Of a stretch of DNA of 64,000 nt, positions 62,001 through 64,000 are shown piece by piece; the first letter of the stretch is position 1; every line of letters begins with the position of its first letter. Under the pieces are notes generated by a model, which had not been told where the DNA came from, made no database searches, and saw only the letters and a program-made list of their open reading frames with translations. This DNA is from Spirochaetia bacterium (GTDB taxonomy: Bacteria; Spirochaetota; Spirochaetia; SZUA-6; Bin103): contig OZ241907.1 of NCBI GenBank assembly GCA_965203515.1, forward strand, positions 2,144,001 to 2,208,000. The letters run 5' to 3'. The position numbers were made by a program, and so were the translations under genes.

Positions 62001-63461
62001 GTGCGTGCCGCCGACCCGCAGCGCGACCGGCGTTGCGCGGGTATCGACCGTGAAGACCAGCGGGCGGGAGGAGAACTCGTTGCCGGCGCCGTCGCGCGCC
62101 GACAGCACGTAGGTATAGCTGCCGTCGGCGACCGGCTCGCCGCGGCCATCCCGGCCGTCCCACCGGATCGTGACGTTCACGTCCTCCAGGCGCTGCGACC
62201 AGACCGGTTCCCCGCGTCCATCCGCGATCGTCGCCAGCCAGGAGGCGTCGCCGAACGCCTCCTGCGTCGCCAACAGCACGTCGCGGACACCGTCGCCGTT
62301 GGGTGAGAATCGGTCGTGGTGCAACGTGACGAACGCGTCCGGCGCCGTGACGTCGAGCCGGAACGGCGGCGATTCGATGACGCGCGTGCTGCCGTTGTCA
62401 TAGAACGCCGACAGCAGCAACGAGTAGTCCGCCTCCGGCAGCACGTCGCCATGATCGCCGCGGCCGTCGAAGCGGAGCGGCTGCGGCACCGGCGGCGACC
62501 CGGTCATGGTGCGCATGATCCGGCCGCCGGGATCGCGAATCTCCGCCCGCCAGTTCACCAGGCTGTCCGGCAGGTCGACCGTGACCGGGAACCGCATCTC
62601 GTCCAGCACGCCGTCGTCGTTGGGCGAGAAGGCGGGAGCTTCCAGATCGATGCCGACCCGCCGGGCGGCGGTGTCGATCCGTATCTCGTCGACCGTCACC
62701 GCGGCGTCGTTCCCGGCAAGGTCGCGGGCGCCGACGCGGTAGCGGTAGGTCCCGTCCGGCAGCCGCTCGCCGCCGTCGTCGCGGCCGTCCCACCGGAAGT
62801 CGGCCGGGCGGCCGTCGGTCCAGCGGAACGTGCGGACCGCGTCGCCGGCGGCGTTCAGGAATTGGCCGATCCAGCGTACCTCGCTCGACCCGGACTGCAT
62901 GACCGGCAGGTCGTCCCTGCTGCCGTCGCCGTCGGGCGAGAATATCCGGTACTCCGGGCTGACCGTGATCTCAGGCGGCGTGTTGTCCACCATGATCTGC
63001 CGCGGCTCGGAGGCGCCGCGGTTGCCGTAATCGTCGGTGATCTCCAGGACGTAGCGGTAGATGCCGTCCGGAACCAGCGCGCCGGCGTCGCTGCGGCCGT
63101 CCCAGGGGAACGATGCCGGCACCTCGACGGACGTGCGCTCCTGCAGACCGACGTCGATCAGCAGCCGCGTGAGCGGGGCGGGAGCCGGCTCTCCGTCACC
63201 GCCCGCGATGGTGCGCACCGGGCGCCCGCCTTCGTCGCTGATCACCAGGCGGTACGCCTTCGGCACACCGCCGGTCTGCTGGATTTCGACTGCGGAAAAT
63301 AGGTTGGCGACGTCGCGCACGCCCGGTGAGCCGGCCGGCGAGATGTGCGCGACGTCCGCGGTCACCGACACGGCGGGATCGGGAGGCGGCTGTTCCTCTC
63401 CGCCCAACGCCGCCGCCCAGCCGGCCACGCACCACAGCAGCGCAGCCGCCGGACACCGCAT
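59016..63461 (-). CDS. Secreted protein with ~12 FlgD-Ig-like (FSPxGDG) repeats and a C-terminal OmpA domain
   Basis: Recurrent FSP(N/D)GDG...WDG...PDGxY units; C-terminal LEGHA...LSAARA...NRRVE. Start uncertain (63461 or 63542). Confidence 0.88.
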   Translation of the reverse strand: MRCPAAALLWCVAGWAAALGGEEQPPPDPAVSVTADVAHISPAGSPGVRDVANLFSAVEIQQTGGVPKAYRLVISDEGGRPVRTIAGGDGEPAPAPLTRLLIDVGLQERTSVEVPASFPWDGRSDAGALVPDGIYRYVLEITDDYGNRGASEPRQIMVDNTPPEITVSPEYRIFSPDGDGSRDDLPVMQSGSSEVRWIGQFLNAAGDAVRTFRWTDGRPADFRWDGRDDGGERLPDGTYRYRVGARDLAGNDAAVTVDEIRIDTAARRVGIDLEAPAFSPNDDGVLDEMRFPVTVDLPDSLVNWRAEIRDPGGRIMRTMTGSPPVPQPLRFDGRGDHGDVLPEADYSLLLSAFYDNGSTRVIESPPFRLDVTAPDAFVTLHHDRFSPNGDGVRDVLLATQEAFGDASWLATIADGRGEPVWSQRLEDVNVTIRWDGRDGRGEPVADGSYTYVLSARDGAGNEFSSRPLVFTVDTRATPVALRVGGTHFSPNGDGAQDTVEVVPELVVTDSIESLQVEIADAGGKVWYRDRSPAAGEPFEWTGLANDGRPFPDGEYSVRLSVRYANGNNAAAEAGPIVIDTEFPTIEASTDDLLFSPDGDGNKDELLIAQTSSAEERWQARFLDQAGAVVATADWQGQVADYRWDGRGDQGALVADGAYQYEVTATDAAGNSVTARLPGIQVDTRPTEASVGVAAADRAGAVAAFSPNADGERDAMTFTLAATPDVPVETWSLTVLDADDAPVRIFRGGRELPEEQRWDGRATTGQPAPDGKYRAVFSVGYRKGDVVEDRLAVPVILDTVYPAFEVEAGYLLFSPDGDGRRDVIEITHATEAEYEWHTELTDADGTVVSERTVRDGVLADLVWDGTDERGDVVADGEYRYRVRGTDLAGNVTRGELPPIVVDTRPGGAWMEASAAGFSPNGDGVDDEVFYELRVTEDVELQSWELTIADAAAGAAGGAVRTYRGVSGTIFPVRLPWDGSDDDGERVPDGEYTATFRVEYVKGNVGEAAGEAVALDTQPPTVRVGAAYLLFSPDGDGRRDTITLTHEATPGDRWDATITDDRDGSVVLRRVWDAEGPLPDLEWDGRTDEGVALPDGTYTYRIASVDTGGNSVSAVLEGIRIDTAATAAAVTRDGEFFSPNGDGDRDTIDIRISATTDVSIDRWAVSIFDGTGRPVRVFAGGRGADPLPEVIVWDGTADGGGVVPDGFYRPSLGIEYVKGNVSEADGDPFLVDSSPPQAAIRTELDTPSLPFSPDDDGVNDHLMIFLDASDEGGIDAWALQIVDPQGEVFTATSGRGAPPAFGWDGYSVETGELVEAAVDYTLRLEVSDHVGNRATATKVLPIDVLVLRAGDRLRIRISSIHFAPDTADYQRLGDPEKTSRNLRTLDRLAVILGRYATYNILLEGHAASVHWADVERARQEQAEVLVPLSAARAAAVRDALVERGIRASRMTTTGLGGAHPVVPHDDTRNRWKNRRVEAWLIRQ

Positions 63462-63569
63462 CCGACGCGCCGGGTACGGGCAAGCGCTCGGGCCGGACCG
63501 GGCCCGGTGGGCCGTAGCCGTCGGTGCCGCCTCCCAGGGCATCTCGGTCTGCGCTATCCCCGGCGCCGG

Positions 63570-64000
63570 TCAGGCAACGCGATGCTCGGCAAGCAGCGCG
63601 AAGTCGATCTCGATGCCCAGGCCCGGCGCATCGGGCACCGCGACCCGGCCTTCGTCATCGAGCGTCAGCTTGGGCGTGAACAGCCGCCCGCGCAGGGGAT
63701 CGATCGTCTCGCGGTAGTACTCCAGGATCAGCCCTCCCTGCACGGCCGCCACCAAGTGGACGTGGATCTCCTGCGCGCCGTGCGGGGCGATCGCCAGATC
63801 GTGCGCAGCGGCCAGCGCCGCCACGTTCATGAACTCCGTGACGCCGCCGACGATCTGCGCGTCCGCGTTGAGTATGGCGGCGCCGTCGTGTTCGATCAGA
63901 TCGCGAAAGCCGTAGCGGGTATACTCGTTCTCACCGGTAGCGATCGGGATGCTGGTGGCCGCCGCTACCCGAGCATGCCCCCGGTAGTCGTCGGGCGCTA
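63570..64000 (-). CDS. Mandelate racemase/muconate lactonizing enzyme family, partial
   Basis: IPIATGENEYTRYGF, GGVTEF, APHG, PGLGIE; runs off the window end. Confidence 0.88.
   Translation of the reverse strand, partial: APDDYRGHARVAAATSIPIATGENEYTRYGFRDLIEHDGAAILNADAQIVGGVTEFMNVAALAAAHDLAIAPHGAQEIHVHLVAAVQGGLILEYYRETIDPLRGRLFTPKLTLDDEGRVAVPDAPGLGIEIDFALLAEHRVA

Noticed and set aside
1..64000. tRNA, rRNA, riboswitches, IS transposases, integrases
   Set aside because: None recognised by eye; a covariance-model scan would be needed to exclude small RNAs.

Overview
High-GC bacterial chromosomal window that mixes housekeeping genes (fdh, rlmN, ltaE, metG, prs, rpsR, ligD, a PreP-type peptidase, sugar oxidoreductases, an FlgD-Ig/OmpA surface protein) with accessory and defence DNA. 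Left end (1-8.6 kb): a DISARM DrmMI/Eco57I-like N6-adenine methyltransferase, a translationally coupled HEPN / KGGVGR ParA-like ATPase / P-loop ATPase triad, a Uma2 relic and an AlbA_2-HATPase protein. 17.7-25.6 kb: decayed toxin-antitoxin relics plus an HD-phosphohydrolase/YwgA-like gene pair. 29.5-47.5 kb: a diverged tandem duplication, an Rpn nuclease, an AAA/DUF4143 ATPase, a CRISPR array of about 59 repeats, and a complete type I-D cas operon (cas6-cas10d[internal cas11d]-cas7-cas5-cas3'-cas4-cas1-cas2) with a divergent WYL regulator. That block is bracketed by a ~50-bp direct repeat derived from the 3' end of a glycosyl hydrolase gene. Best candidates for undescribed biology: the HEPN/two-ATPase triad, the integrase-less repeat-bounded Rpn/CRISPR island, the HD/YwgA pair, and a LigD with an apparently dead ligase domain. 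All calls come from reading motifs by eye; no database searches were run.
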